Shown here in pieces: positions 19,378-30,041 of a stretch of DNA of 64,000 nt. How positions within the stretch are numbered: the first letter of the stretch is position 1; every line of letters begins with the position of its first letter. The stretch spans positions 212,990-276,989 of the forward strand of contig DATMMS010000005.1 in assembly GCA_035569605.1 (NCBI GenBank). Direction: 5' to 3'. The DNA comes from Candidatus Solibacter sp. Lineage in GTDB: Bacteria; Chloroflexota; Dormibacteria; DASZGP01. A program made the position numbers and the translations under genes. Under the pieces are notes generated by a model. The model saw only the letters and a program-made list of their open reading frames with translations. It made no database searches and was not told the origin of the DNA.

Positions 19378-20087
19378 TGCCCGGCCGCACCAGCGGCCTG
19401 GCGTCCCTGGAGCGGAAGCTTCGACTCAAGTTCCTCGACCAGCAGCTGCTGCTGCAGGCCCTGACCCATCGGTCCTATGCCCACGAGCACGCCGCCGAGG
19501 GCGCCCGGGACAACGAGCGGCTGGAGTTCCTCGGCGATGCTGTGCTCGAGCTGATTGCCGCCGACGTCCTCTATCGGCGGGACCCTGATGCCGGGGAGGG
19601 GTCGTTGACGCTGGACCGAGCCGCGGTGGTCAGCACCGGGGCGCTGGCGGCGGCGGCGCGCCGGATCGAACTGGGACGCTTCCTGCTGGTTGGCCGGGGA
19701 GTAGAGAAAACGGGCGGCCGCGACCTCGACAGCCTGCTCGCCAACGCTCTCGAGGCGCTGATCGGGGCGATCTACCTGGATCTCGGTTACGAGACCGCCG
19801 CGCGCGTGTTCGACCGCCTCGGCGGAACGCCGGCGGAGGGCGCCATCAACCACAAGGGCCGCCTCCAGGAGATGACCCAGGCGGACGCCTCCGGGGTCCC
19901 GGTCTACCACGTGGTCGAGTCGACGGGGCCGGCTCACCGCCGTCACTACCGCGTCGAGGTCCGCCTCGCGGGGGTCAGGCTGGGCGAGGGGGAGGGGTCG
20001 ACCAGGCGCGGCGCCGAGCAGGCCGCTGCCAAGGAGGCGATCGGGAATTTCGAGGCCTCCCGCACGGGGATCGCCGACGGCGGCTGA
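19377..20087 (+). CDS. rnc: ribonuclease III
   Basis: ERLEFLGDAVLEL RNase III signature and a C-terminal dsRBD. Confidence 0.9.
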   Translation: MPGRTSGLASLERKLRLKFLDQQLLLQALTHRSYAHEHAAEGARDNERLEFLGDAVLELIAADVLYRRDPDAGEGSLTLDRAAVVSTGALAAAARRIELGRFLLVGRGVEKTGGRDLDSLLANALEALIGAIYLDLGYETAARVFDRLGGTPAEGAINHKGRLQEMTQADASGVPVYHVVESTGPAHRRHYRVEVRLAGVRLGEGEGSTRRGAEQAAAKEAIGNFEASRTGIADGG

Positions 20088-20129
20088 CTACAACATGTGG
20101 TGTCGCGCCAAATAGGCGAGCCCACTATG

Positions 20130-20158
20130 TTGACCCCCAGGTGCGAACGATGTTTAAT
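20130..20158 (+). promoter_or_regulatory. candidate sigma-A type promoter upstream of smc (TTGACC - 17 nt - TTTAAT)
   Basis: Hexamers read directly from the rnc-smc intergenic region. Not verified. Confidence 0.3.
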
Positions 20159-20220
20159 CGCGGCGATGGTCTTCGACCTTTGAGCCGCGTGGGTAGCGGC
20201 GCGGCCCTGGAGCTCGATCT

Positions 20221-22848
20221 GTGCATCTGAAGTCGGTCCAGATCCAGGGCTTCAAGACCTTCGCCAAGAAGACCGAGCTCCTCTTCGAGCCCGGCATCAC
20301 GGCTGTGGTGGGCCCCAATGGCTCGGGCAAGAGCAACCTGGTCGACGCCATCCGCTGGGTCCTCGGCGAGCGCAGCGCTCGCGAGCTTCGTGGTACCAGG
20401 ATGGAGGAGATCGTCTACTCCGGCGGCTCCCGGCGTGCCGCATCGGGAATGGCCGAAGTCAAGCTGCTGATCGACAACAGCGACGGCCGGCTGCCCGTCC
20501 CCTTCGCCGAGGTGGAGGTTATCCGGCGAGGCTACCGCTCCGGCGAGAGCGACTACTGGATGAACGGCTCACGCTGCCGCCTGCGCGACATCGAGGAGAT
20601 GTTCGCCAGTACCGGCCTGACCCAGCAGGGGTATGCCGTGGTGGCCCAGGACGACGTCGACCACATCATCCAGACCACCGCCTCCGATCGGCGGGCTCTG
20701 ATCGAAGAGGCCGCCGGGGTGCGCGGGCTGCGATCCAAGCGCCAGGAGGCGATCGCCAAGCTCAAAGACGCCGACGTCAGCATCCTCCGCCTGGGCGACA
20801 TCGCGTCCGAGCTCGGGCCCCGGGTCGAGGAGCTCCGGCGCCAGGCGGAGGCGGCCCGCGAGCACGAGGAGTTGACCGCCCGGCTGGCGACCCTGCGCGG
20901 GAGCCTGCTCCAGGGGGAGTGGCGGCAGGCCCGGCTGGCGGTGAAGAAGGCGACCGCCCGCCTCGAATCTATGGCGGCGGCAGTGGCTGCCGCCGAGGCC
21001 GACGCCCTGGGGTTCGCGACCATCTACGAGGCCGAGAAGGAGAAGCTGGCGCGCGCCCACGACGCCAGGCTCGAGAGCGAGCGCCGTCTCGGCGGTCTGC
21101 GGTTGGCGGCGACGCACGCGGCGTCGAAGGCGGAGCTGGTGGCGGAGCGACTCTTGACGGCCCGGACCGCGGCTTCTCAGGCAGAGGCCGCCGAAACCGA
21201 GGCCGCGGCGCGTTTGGAAGCGCTGGGAGCGGAGCTGGCCGCGGCTGAGGCCGACGTCGCGGCGCTCGCGGACTTACCGGCCGGGGCCGTACCCGGACAG
21301 GCCAGCGCCGCAGGCCCGGACGCCGTGACGGCGGCCGTGGAACGACACTCGGCGCTCCAAGGCGACCTCAACGACCTGACCGAAGCGCACCAGCGAGCGG
21401 CCGCCCAGGTCCAGCGTCTCGAGGAGAGGGTGTCGCTGCTGCGCCGGCTGGCCCAAGACGGCGACATCCCGGCGCTGTCAGCGCGGCGGCTGGTGCAGCT
21501 GCTCGAGATCGGGGCGGTTCGCGAAGCCGCTACCAGCGCGGGGATTGCCGCGGCGACCTTGACGGAGTGGGCGGAGCAGGGGCGCGTCGAGCAGGCGGCG
21601 CTGGCAGCCGCGGGGGCTGCGGCGGAAGCCGAGCTGGACGCCGCCAGGACCGGCGCCGAGCAAGCCTGGGGCCGCCTCGAGGCGGGCCGCCAAGCCGCCG
21701 GCGCCGCCGCGGCCGACCTTGACGCGGCGCGGCGGGCGCAGATGGAGGCGGTCGCCGAGTCCAGGGCAATCCAGGGACGGGCCACCGCCGTAAGAGAGCG
21801 GGCGACGCGCGCCCGGACCATGCTCGATCGCCAGCGAGAGGAGGCCGAGCGAGCCAGGGCGCTACTGATCACAGCCAGGGAGTCAGCGGCACGGCTGGAG
21901 GCTGAATCGACGAGCGCCAACGACGAGGCCGCCGCGACCGCCGCCGCCCTGGAGGCCGCCCCGATCGCCGCCGAGGCGGTCGAGGTCGAGGCGCTCACCC
22001 GAGCCCTGGTCGATATGGAGAAGGGCCACCTGGAGCGCCAGGTGGTGCTGGCGCATCAGCGCGAGGCGCAGTCCAACGCCGTCGCGCAGCTGGAGGTCGA
22101 CAACCAGGCGCTGGCCGAGCTTACCGAGCGCATGGGCGGCGCCAGCGACGAGCTCGAGGGGGTCGAAGTCGACTGGGAGAAGACCCAGCGCGAGATCAAC
22201 CGCCTCGACCGCCAGCTGACCCAGATGGGCCCGGTCAATGAGCTCGCCATCAGCGAGTACGACCGGGACGGCGCGCGCCTGACTGCGATCAGCGGCCAGC
22301 TGGAGGACCTGACCCGGGCCCGCGAGGGACTCGAGCGGATCGCGGCCGAGCTCGGAGCGGAGATCGACAGGCGCTTCGAAGCGGTATTCGGTGCCGTCGC
22401 CTTCAACTTCCAGGACACCTTCGCGTCGCTCTTCGTCGGCGGCAAGGCGACCCTCAAGCTGGATGACCCGGAGTCGCCCGAGCCCGGCGTCGAGATCCTG
22501 GCCCAACCCGCGGGGAAGCGGATGCGAAACATCAAGCTGCTCTCCGGCGGGGAGCGCGCCCTGACCGCGCTGGCGTTCATCCTCGCCCTCGAGAAGGTGA
22601 CACCCAGCCCGTTCTACATCTTCGACGAGGTCGACGCCCCCCTTGACGACGCCAACATCGGCCGCTTCACGGCCCTGCTCGAGTCGATGGCGGCGGACAA
22701 CCAGTTCATTCTGATCACCCACAACCACGCCACCATGACCGTGGCCCAGGCGCTCTACGGAGTCACGCTCGAGGATTCCGGAGTCTCCCGGGTGGTGTCG
22801 GTCCGGCTCCGGGCCGGGGAGGTGATCGCGATCACGGGCACGGCCTGA
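20221..22848 (+). CDS. smc: chromosome segregation protein SMC, unusually short (875 aa)
   Basis: N-terminal head with Walker A (GPNGSGKSN) and C-terminal head with signature [13 protein letters not shown] plus Walker B ([12 protein letters not shown]). An Ala/Glu-rich coiled coil lies between them. Canonical rnc-smc-ftsY locus. Confidence 0.8.
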   Translation: MHLKSVQIQGFKTFAKKTELLFEPGITAVVGPNGSGKSNLVDAIRWVLGERSARELRGTRMEEIVYSGGSRRAASGMAEVKLLIDNSDGRLPVPFAEVEVIRRGYRSGESDYWMNGSRCRLRDIEEMFASTGLTQQGYAVVAQDDVDHIIQTTASDRRALIEEAAGVRGLRSKRQEAIAKLKDADVSILRLGDIASELGPRVEELRRQAEAAREHEELTARLATLRGSLLQGEWRQARLAVKKATARLESMAAAVAAAEADALGFATIYEAEKEKLARAHDARLESERRLGGLRLAATHAASKAELVAERLLTARTAASQAEAAETEAAARLEALGAELAAAEADVAALADLPAGAVPGQASAAGPDAVTAAVERHSALQGDLNDLTEAHQRAAAQVQRLEERVSLLRRLAQDGDIPALSARRLVQLLEIGAVREAATSAGIAAATLTEWAEQGRVEQAALAAAGAAAEAELDAARTGAEQAWGRLEAGRQAAGAAAADLDAARRAQMEAVAESRAIQGRATAVRERATRARTMLDRQREEAERARALLITARESAARLEAESTSANDEAAATAAALEAAPIAAEAVEVEALTRALVDMEKGHLERQVVLAHQREAQSNAVAQLEVDNQALAELTERMGGASDELEGVEVDWEKTQREINRLDRQLTQMGPVNELAISEYDRDGARLTAISGQLEDLTRAREGLERIAAELGAEIDRRFEAVFGAVAFNFQDTFASLFVGGKATLKLDDPESPEPGVEILAQPAGKRMRNIKLLSGGERALTALAFILALEKVTPSPFYIFDEVDAPLDDANIGRFTALLESMAADNQFILITHNHATMTVAQALYGVTLEDSGVSRVVSVRLRAGEVIAITGTA

Positions 22849-22885
22849 CGGGTCGGGCCGGCCGTCCGGTAGCCTCAACAACTGA

Positions 22886-23818
22886 ATGACAGAGACCAGG
22901 CGACCAGGGCTGTTTGGCAGGCTGCGCGACCGGATTGCCTCAAGCACAATCGGGTTCCGGCAGCAGCTCACCGGGTTGGCCGCCTACGGCGCCATCGACG
23001 ACGGGTTCTGGGACGAGCTGGAGCAGACCCTGATGAGCGCGGATCTCGGCCCCGAGGTGGGGCTGCGCTTGGCCGCCGACATCCGGGCCGAGGCACAGCG
23101 GCTCAGGATGCGCGACTCGGCGGAGGTGGTTGGCGGCCTGCGCACCCTCCTCCTCAACCGGATGGAGTGGCGCCCACGAGGGCTGGCGGCAGCGCCCCAA
23201 CCGACCGTCTACCTGGTCGTCGGAGTCAACGGCACCGGCAAGACCACCACCGTGGCCAAGCTCGCGGCGCGGCTGCAGGCAGAGGGACGGCAGGTCCTGC
23301 TGGGGGCCGCCGACACCTTTCGGGCCGGTGCCATCGAGCAGCTTCGAATCTGGGCGGATCGCCTCGGCTGTGACTTCGTCAGCAGCGAGCCCGGCTCGGA
23401 CCCGGCGTCGGTGGCCTTCGCCGCGGTGCAGGCCGGTGTGGCCCGGGGCGCGGGTGCTGTGATCATCGACACGGCCGGCCGCCTGCATACACAATCGAAC
23501 CTCATGGAAGAGCTGCGCAAGATCAATCGGACCATCGCCAAGGCGCTGCCCGGCGCCCCGCACGAGACGCTGCTGGTGATCGACGCGGCGATCGGACAGA
23601 ACTCCATCCAGCAGGCCAGGGTGTTCAACGAGGCCCTTCCACTCACAGGCCTGGTCGTCGCCAAGATAGATGGCAGCGCCAAGGGCGGTGTTGTCCTGGG
23701 GTTGGAGGAGCAGTTCGGCGTCCCGGTCAAGCTGGTCGGCACCGGTGAGCAGGCGACCGACCTGGAGCCGTTCGATCCAGCGGCCTACGTCGAGTCGCTG
23801 TTCGGGGTGGCGGCATGA
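22886..23818 (+). CDS. ftsY: signal recognition particle receptor FtsY
   Basis: NG domain with GVNGTGKTTT, DTAGR and the SRP GTPase motifs. Confidence 0.9.
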   Translation: MTETRRPGLFGRLRDRIASSTIGFRQQLTGLAAYGAIDDGFWDELEQTLMSADLGPEVGLRLAADIRAEAQRLRMRDSAEVVGGLRTLLLNRMEWRPRGLAAAPQPTVYLVVGVNGTGKTTTVAKLAARLQAEGRQVLLGAADTFRAGAIEQLRIWADRLGCDFVSSEPGSDPASVAFAAVQAGVARGAGAVIIDTAGRLHTQSNLMEELRKINRTIAKALPGAPHETLLVIDAAIGQNSIQQARVFNEALPLTGLVVAKIDGSAKGGVVLGLEEQFGVPVKLVGTGEQATDLEPFDPAAYVESLFGVAA

Positions 23819-24072
23819 CCGAGCCCGGGGACCAGGACGGCGACTGGACCGTGGTCGCGGTGGTGGACGCCCTCGCCGCCGAGGTCCTCAAGGCCGCGCT
23901 CGACACCGCGGGCATCCCGGTGGTGGCGCGCCAGGAGGCCTCCGGCCGGATCATCGGTCTAACCGTCGGCTCGATGGGAGAGGTCAGCCTGCTGGTCCCC
24001 GCGGATCGGCTGACGGAGGCCGAGGCGTTGATCGCCGATTCTCACCCCATCGACTTTCCGGAGTCCGACTGA
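23815..24072 (+). CDS. DUF2007-like small protein (putative signal-transducing protein fold)
   Basis: ATGA-coupled to ftsY. Weak resemblance to the DUF2007 family. Confidence 0.5.
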   Translation: MTEPGDQDGDWTVVAVVDALAAEVLKAALDTAGIPVVARQEASGRIIGLTVGSMGEVSLLVPADRLTEAEALIADSHPIDFPESD

Positions 24073-24073
24073 G

Positions 24074-24421
24074 ATGGACCCGCGTGCGGTCTTGGCATCC
24101 GTCGAGCTGCTCCTGGGAGCGGGCATGGGCGGCCTGGGGGCTTGGCAGTACATCATCTCGGCGCCACTTCCCGGGCCGTTGGGCCGCCCGGTACGTGCCG
24201 GGCAGGACCTCAAGGAATCGCCACCGCAGCGGTGGCAGGTGAGCGGCGCGGCGATGGCGCTGTTCGGGCTTGGCTTCCTACTTTTCGGCTTCGCGGTCCT
24301 GCTCGAGGGCCATCTCGACCTCGGCGCTCTGGGCGCGATCCGGGACGTGGGGCTGCTCACGTGGCTGGCCGCGCTGGTGCTGGTCTTCCTTCTACTGACG
24401 AGGTACCGTCGGGCCGGCTGA
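24074..24421 (+). CDS. hypothetical membrane protein
   Basis: ORF with 2-3 hydrophobic helices, immediately after the DUF2007 gene. Confidence 0.4.
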   Translation: MDPRAVLASVELLLGAGMGGLGAWQYIISAPLPGPLGRPVRAGQDLKESPPQRWQVSGAAMALFGLGFLLFGFAVLLEGHLDLGALGAIRDVGLLTWLAALVLVFLLLTRYRRAG

Positions 24422-24451
24422 AGCGCACTCTCACCCGTATACTGTCAAGTA

Positions 24452-24784
24452 GTGACACTTGACATTGAGCGGCGGAGGCGCCTCTTGGCCCTCGCGGACG
24501 CGTACTCCCAACTCCTGACAGAGCACCAGCGCGAGGTGCTCCGCCTCCACCTGGAGCGTGACTGGTCCTACGCGGAGATCGCCGAGGCGCAGGGGGTGAG
24601 CCGCACAGCGGTGTACGACATGGTGCATCGCTCCGAGGCCGTCTTGCGCGATTACGAGACCAAGTTGGGGCTGGTGGCGGCCTCCGAGCAGCGAGAACGA
24701 AACCGGGAGGAGATCAACTCGCGACTGGCCGAGCTCCAGGGAGAGCTATCGGATCTCAAAAAGACTGTCAAGGAGTTGACCTGA
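24452..24784 (+). CDS. ylxM: YlxM/p13-like putative DNA-binding protein (UPF0122) upstream of ffh
   Basis: Helix-turn-helix region WSYAEIAEAQGVSRTAVYD and conserved position before ffh. GTG start. Confidence 0.7.
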   Translation: MTLDIERRRRLLALADAYSQLLTEHQREVLRLHLERDWSYAEIAEAQGVSRTAVYDMVHRSEAVLRDYETKLGLVAASEQRERNREEINSRLAELQGELSDLKKTVKELT

Positions 24785-24785
24785 C

Positions 24786-26123
<1,338 letters not shown>

Positions 26124-26132
26124 GAGGAACAC

Positions 26133-26933
26133 TTGGCAGTAAAGATCAGGCTTCGGCGCGTGGGCGCCAAGAAGCGGCCTTTCTACCGGCTGGTGGTGGC
26201 GGACGCGCGCTCACCGCGCGACGGCCGGTTCATCGAGGCCGTGGGAACGTACGACCCGCTCCAGAACCCGGCGCTGGTAAAGGTCGACGCGGATCGCGTC
26301 AGGGAGTGGATGAGCAAGGGAGCCAAGCCGACCGACATCGCCCGGCAGCTGCTGGTAGCCGAGGGCGTCCTGGAGCACACCGGACCGAAGTTCGAGCGCG
26401 TCGAGAAGGGACCCAAGCCCTCCAAGAAGCAGGTCGCCAAGGCGCGCGCCGCCGAGACCGCGGCTGCCGAGCCCCCGGCGGCCGAGGCCCCGGCCGTCGC
26501 TGCTGACGAGCCGGCTGCCGAATCCGGGGCGGAGCCCCAGGCTGTGGCGGAGTCCTCCGCCGAGCCGGACACTGCTGGCGCGACTGAAGGCCAGGCGCTG
26601 GCGGAGGCTGCGACCGAGGCGCCGGCCGCTGCTGAGGCGCCTGCCGCGAGCGAAGAGGAAGCGCCCGCCGATGAGGAGGCGCCCGCCGATCAGGAGGCGC
26701 CGGCTGTTGCTGAGGCAGCTGCCGAGAGCGATGGGGATACGCCGGCCGCGGCTGAGGTCCCCGCCGAGGCCGAGACCGAAGTCCCGGAGACGGCTGCAGC
26801 GGAATCGACCCCAGCTGAGGCGGCCGAGGGGTCGAGCGACGCCGACGGCGACCCCGCGGCTGCGGCAGCCTCGGCCGGAACCGAAACCGAGACCAAGACC
26901 GTCGCCGAGACCGCTGAGGAGGAGTCCAAGTGA
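26133..26933 (+). CDS. rpsP: 30S ribosomal protein S16 with a long Ala/Glu/Pro-rich C-terminal extension
   Basis: N-terminal 80 aa are canonical S16 ([35 protein letters not shown]). The remaining ~185 aa are low-complexity acidic repeats. Confidence 0.9.
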   Translation: MAVKIRLRRVGAKKRPFYRLVVADARSPRDGRFIEAVGTYDPLQNPALVKVDADRVREWMSKGAKPTDIARQLLVAEGVLEHTGPKFERVEKGPKPSKKQVAKARAAETAAAEPPAAEAPAVAADEPAAESGAEPQAVAESSAEPDTAGATEGQALAEAATEAPAAAEAPAASEEEAPADEEAPADQEAPAVAEAAAESDGDTPAAAEVPAEAETEVPETAAAESTPAEAAEGSSDADGDPAAAAASAGTETETKTVAETAEEESK

Positions 26934-27295
26934 GCGTCGATTACGTCGACCTGGTCGAGTACATCGTCAAGAACATCGTTGATCATCCGGACGCCGTCGT
27001 GGTCGAGGCGGTCCAGGGCCGGGGCCGCTCCGAAACCGTTGAGATAAGGCTCGATCCCGGCGATGTGGGTCGGGTTATCGGCAAAGGCGGCCGCAATATC
27101 GAGGCGATCCGATCGCTGGTCAAGGCGTCGGCGATCAAGGAGCACCATCGAGTCAACGTCGAGGTGATCGCCGAGGACGAAGAGCGCGATGGTGGCTCTG
27201 ACACCGCCGAGGTCGAGGCGGTCCCCGCCGGCGTACCATCCGAAGAGTCCTTCAGCGGGTCGGTCGAGGGCTCGCCGGAGGCAGTCGAGGGCTAG
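26930..27295 (+). CDS. KH-domain RNA-binding protein (YlqC/UPF0109) with an acidic C-terminal tail
   Basis: [17 protein letters not shown] motif, between rpsP and rimM as in Firmicutes. Confidence 0.8.
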   Translation: MSVDYVDLVEYIVKNIVDHPDAVVVEAVQGRGRSETVEIRLDPGDVGRVIGKGGRNIEAIRSLVKASAIKEHHRVNVEVIAEDEERDGGSDTAEVEAVPAGVPSEESFSGSVEGSPEAVEG

Positions 27296-27296
27296 T

Positions 27297-27800
27297 TTGA
27301 AGCCACCCGAGCATGTCAGGATCGGCTACGTCCGGAGAGCCATCGGGCTTCGAGGCGAGGTCGAGGTGGAGCCGCTGACCGACAACTCCGGCAGGATCCG
27401 CGCCGGGCTGTCGGTGCACGCCGGGGCGGCCGTGCGCAAGGTCGAAGCCGTTCACAGCAGCGCCAACCTCCTGATCCTGAAGTTCGTCGGGGTCGACAAC
27501 CGCGACGATGCCGACAGCCTCCGCGGCAGGTACCTGGAGGTGGAGACCATCGAGGTGGAGCCGCTGCCAGAGGGCTCCTACTACCACTGGCAGCTGCTCG
27601 GTCTCGAGGTCTTCGACATCGACGGCAAGCTGCTGGGCACCATCTCGGACATCATCGACAACCCCGCCAACGACGTCTACGTGGTCACCGGTGACGGCGG
27701 CCAGGTCCTGATCCCGGCCATCGTCGAGGTTGTCCTCAAGGTCGACCTGGAGGCCGGCAGAATGACCGTGAACCTCCCCGAGGAGGAGGTGGTCGGGTGA
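27297..27800 (+). CDS. rimM: ribosome maturation factor RimM
   Basis: RimM N-terminus (VRIGYVRRAIGLRGEVEVE) and a PRC barrel. The TTG at 27297 is in frame just after the upstream stop. The tool's longer ORF overlaps the KH gene. Confidence 0.85.
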   Translation: MKPPEHVRIGYVRRAIGLRGEVEVEPLTDNSGRIRAGLSVHAGAAVRKVEAVHSSANLLILKFVGVDNRDDADSLRGRYLEVETIEVEPLPEGSYYHWQLLGLEVFDIDGKLLGTISDIIDNPANDVYVVTGDGGQVLIPAIVEVVLKVDLEAGRMTVNLPEEEVVG

Positions 27801-28519
27801 TCTTCGACGTGGTCACACTCTTTCCGGATGTCTTCCCGGGGCCGCTTGGCGCTGGAGTCATCGGACGGGCGCTGGCGCGCGGCATCATCTCGGTCAACAC
27901 CCACGATCTCCGGTCCTTCGCCGGCGACAGGCACCGCCAGGTCGACGACATTCCCTACGGCGGCGGACCGGGCATGGTGTTGAAGCCCGAGCCAATCTTC
28001 AAGGCGGTCCGGCAGATCCAGGAGTCAGGCGACGCACCGTGTGTCCTGCTGACGCCTCAGGGCCGGCCGCTGGACCAGGCGCTTGCAACCGAGCTCGCCA
28101 CCAAGGCTCGGGTGGTGCTTGTCGCGGGACGCTACGAGGGCTTCGACGAGCGGGTTCGCACCGGGCTCGCTGATTACGAGGTCAGTGTCGGTGACTACAT
28201 CCTCAGCGGCGGCGAGCTGGCCGCCATGGTGCTGATCGAGGTCGTCGCGCGCTACGTGCCTGGGGTCCTTGGGGATGAGGCGTCGGCAGCCAGTGACTCG
28301 TTTTCGGACGGGCTTCTGGAGCACCCCCAGTACACTCGTCCGGTCGACTTCGAGGGCCAGCGGGTGCCCGAGGTCCTTCTATCGGGCAACCACGAGATGA
28401 TCCGCCGGTGGAGAGCGGAGATGGCCACAGAGCGAACTCGGGCACGCCGCCCCGAGCTGCTCGAACCCTCGACCCGCTCCGCTGGGACGCGCGTCGGCAA
28501 CAAAGGAGAATCGAAATGA
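27797..28519 (+). CDS. trmD: tRNA (guanine37-N1)-methyltransferase TrmD
   Basis: [26 protein letters not shown] motifs. Confidence 0.9.
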   Translation: MIFDVVTLFPDVFPGPLGAGVIGRALARGIISVNTHDLRSFAGDRHRQVDDIPYGGGPGMVLKPEPIFKAVRQIQESGDAPCVLLTPQGRPLDQALATELATKARVVLVAGRYEGFDERVRTGLADYEVSVGDYILSGGELAAMVLIEVVARYVPGVLGDEASAASDSFSDGLLEHPQYTRPVDFEGQRVPEVLLSGNHEMIRRWRAEMATERTRARRPELLEPSTRSAGTRVGNKGESK

Positions 28520-28857
28520 ACATCATCGAAGCGGTCGAGAAGGACTATCTCAAGGCCGACACGCCAAAGCTGCGCTCCGGCGACACGGTGCGCGTGCACG
28601 TAAAGGTGGTCGAGGGGACCCGCGAGCGGATCCAGGTGTTCGAGGGCCTGGTGATCTCGATCACCAAGTCCGGACTGAAGGAGAACTTCACTGTACGCCG
28701 AGTCGCGCACGGTGTTGGCGTGGAGCGGACCTTCCTGGTGCACTCGCCGCGGATCGACAAGATCGAGGTCATCCGGCACGGCCAGGTGCGACGCGCCAAG
28801 CTCTTCTACCTGCGCGACAAGGTGGGCAAGCAGGCGCGCATCAAAGAGCAGCGCTAG
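28516..28857 (+). CDS. rplS: 50S ribosomal protein L19
   Basis: Start at MNIIEAVE, with RBS AAAGGAGAA upstream. ATGA overlap with the trmD stop. Confidence 0.9.
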   Translation: MNIIEAVEKDYLKADTPKLRSGDTVRVHVKVVEGTRERIQVFEGLVISITKSGLKENFTVRRVAHGVGVERTFLVHSPRIDKIEVIRHGQVRRAKLFYLRDKVGKQARIKEQR

Positions 28858-28872
28858 CGCCAGGGGAGGCGC

Positions 28873-29595
28873 ATGCCGCGGACCCACGCCCAACCCGCGC
28901 TTCCCATGGAGATCCCGCCGACTGACGTCTGGCTCAGGGAGCGCGCCGCCAGGCTGCACGGGCACGTTCTGGTCGCGGGCGTCGACGAGGCCGGACGCGG
29001 ACCGCTGGCGGGGCCGGTGGTGGCGGCGGCAGTGCTGCTGCCGCTGGGGGTTGAGATACCCGGCATCAACGACTCCAAGCTGCTGCCGCCTGACAAACGT
29101 GAGGAGCTGGCGCTGGCGATCCGGCGGGTGGCCGTTGGCATCGGTGTCGGGGAGGCCGGCCACGAGGAGATCGACCGCGTCAACATCGCGGTCGCGGGGC
29201 GGCTTTCGATGCTGAGGGCCGTCGAAGCGCTGGAGCTGCAGCCCGACTACCTTTTGATCGACGGCTTCCCGGTGCCCGAGTGCTCGCTGCCGCAGGAGGC
29301 GTTGGTGAAGGGTGACCGGCGCAGCTGCTCGATCATGGCCGCGGGGATCATCGCCAAGACCACCCGCGACGCCCATATGAAACAGATGGCCGAGGTCTAC
29401 CCGGGCTACGGCTTCGAGGTGCATTTCGGCTATTCCACGCCGGCGCACGCCGAGGCACTCACCCGGCTGGGGCCGTGCGCCATCCACCGCCGGAGCTTCT
29501 CGCCGGTGGCGGTGGCCCAAGCGATCCTTTCGGGCGAGGCGATCGAACCGGAACCGGTCGGCTGGTTTGGTGGACGCGATACCACAATAGAGTAA
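28873..29595 (+). CDS. rnhB: ribonuclease HII
   Basis: AGVDEAGRGPLAGPVV catalytic motif. Confidence 0.9.
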   Translation: MPRTHAQPALPMEIPPTDVWLRERAARLHGHVLVAGVDEAGRGPLAGPVVAAAVLLPLGVEIPGINDSKLLPPDKREELALAIRRVAVGIGVGEAGHEEIDRVNIAVAGRLSMLRAVEALELQPDYLLIDGFPVPECSLPQEALVKGDRRSCSIMAAGIIAKTTRDAHMKQMAEVYPGYGFEVHFGYSTPAHAEALTRLGPCAIHRRSFSPVAVAQAILSGEAIEPEPVGWFGGRDTTIE

Positions 29596-29605
29596 ACTTT
29601 CCCGT

Positions 29606-29977
29606 GTGGACGGGAACAGGCGCGCCGAGCTCGGTCGGGCGGGGGAGGCGGCCGCCGAGGCGTTCCTGGTGGCCGCCGGGATGCGCCTGATCGAGCGCGA
29701 CGTCCGGCTGCGCAACGGCCAGATCGACATCGTCATGCTGGATGGTCCCTCGCTGGTGCTGGTAGAGGTGAAGGCACGTCGCGGCGGTGACTACGGCCTG
29801 CCCCAGGAAGCGGTGACCCGGCGCAAGCTGGCCAAGCTGAAAGAGTTGGCCCAGACCTATCGGAGCCTCAACCCGAGGCTGGGTTCGGGGCTGCGGATCG
29901 ATGTCGTCGCGATCGACATGGATGCGCGAGGAGCCGCGCGCGGCTGTGTGCACCTCCGGGCGGTGGGGCTTGACTGA
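29606..29977 (+). CDS. yraN: YraN family (UPF0102) predicted endonuclease
   Basis: GEAAAEAFL...IDIV..LVLVEVKAR matches the YraN family. Confidence 0.8.
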   Translation: MDGNRRAELGRAGEAAAEAFLVAAGMRLIERDVRLRNGQIDIVMLDGPSLVLVEVKARRGGDYGLPQEAVTRRKLAKLKELAQTYRSLNPRLGSGLRIDVVAIDMDARGAARGCVHLRAVGLD

Positions 29978-30041
29978 ATGCTCGCTCAGCGACGGGAATG
30001 GATTGCCCGCGCAATATCACAAAATTGTGTAATATTGGGAT

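Noticed and set aside
26460-26900. Degenerate 15-21 nt repeats in the S16 tail region, considered as a non-coding repeat element
   Set aside because: They stay in frame with the S16 core and encode the Ala/Glu/Pro tail, so they are coding low complexity.
28856-28872. Hairpin GCGCC-agggga-GGCGC after rplS, considered as a terminator
   Set aside because: It is only 5 bp with no U-tract, and it overlaps the rnhB ribosome-binding region.
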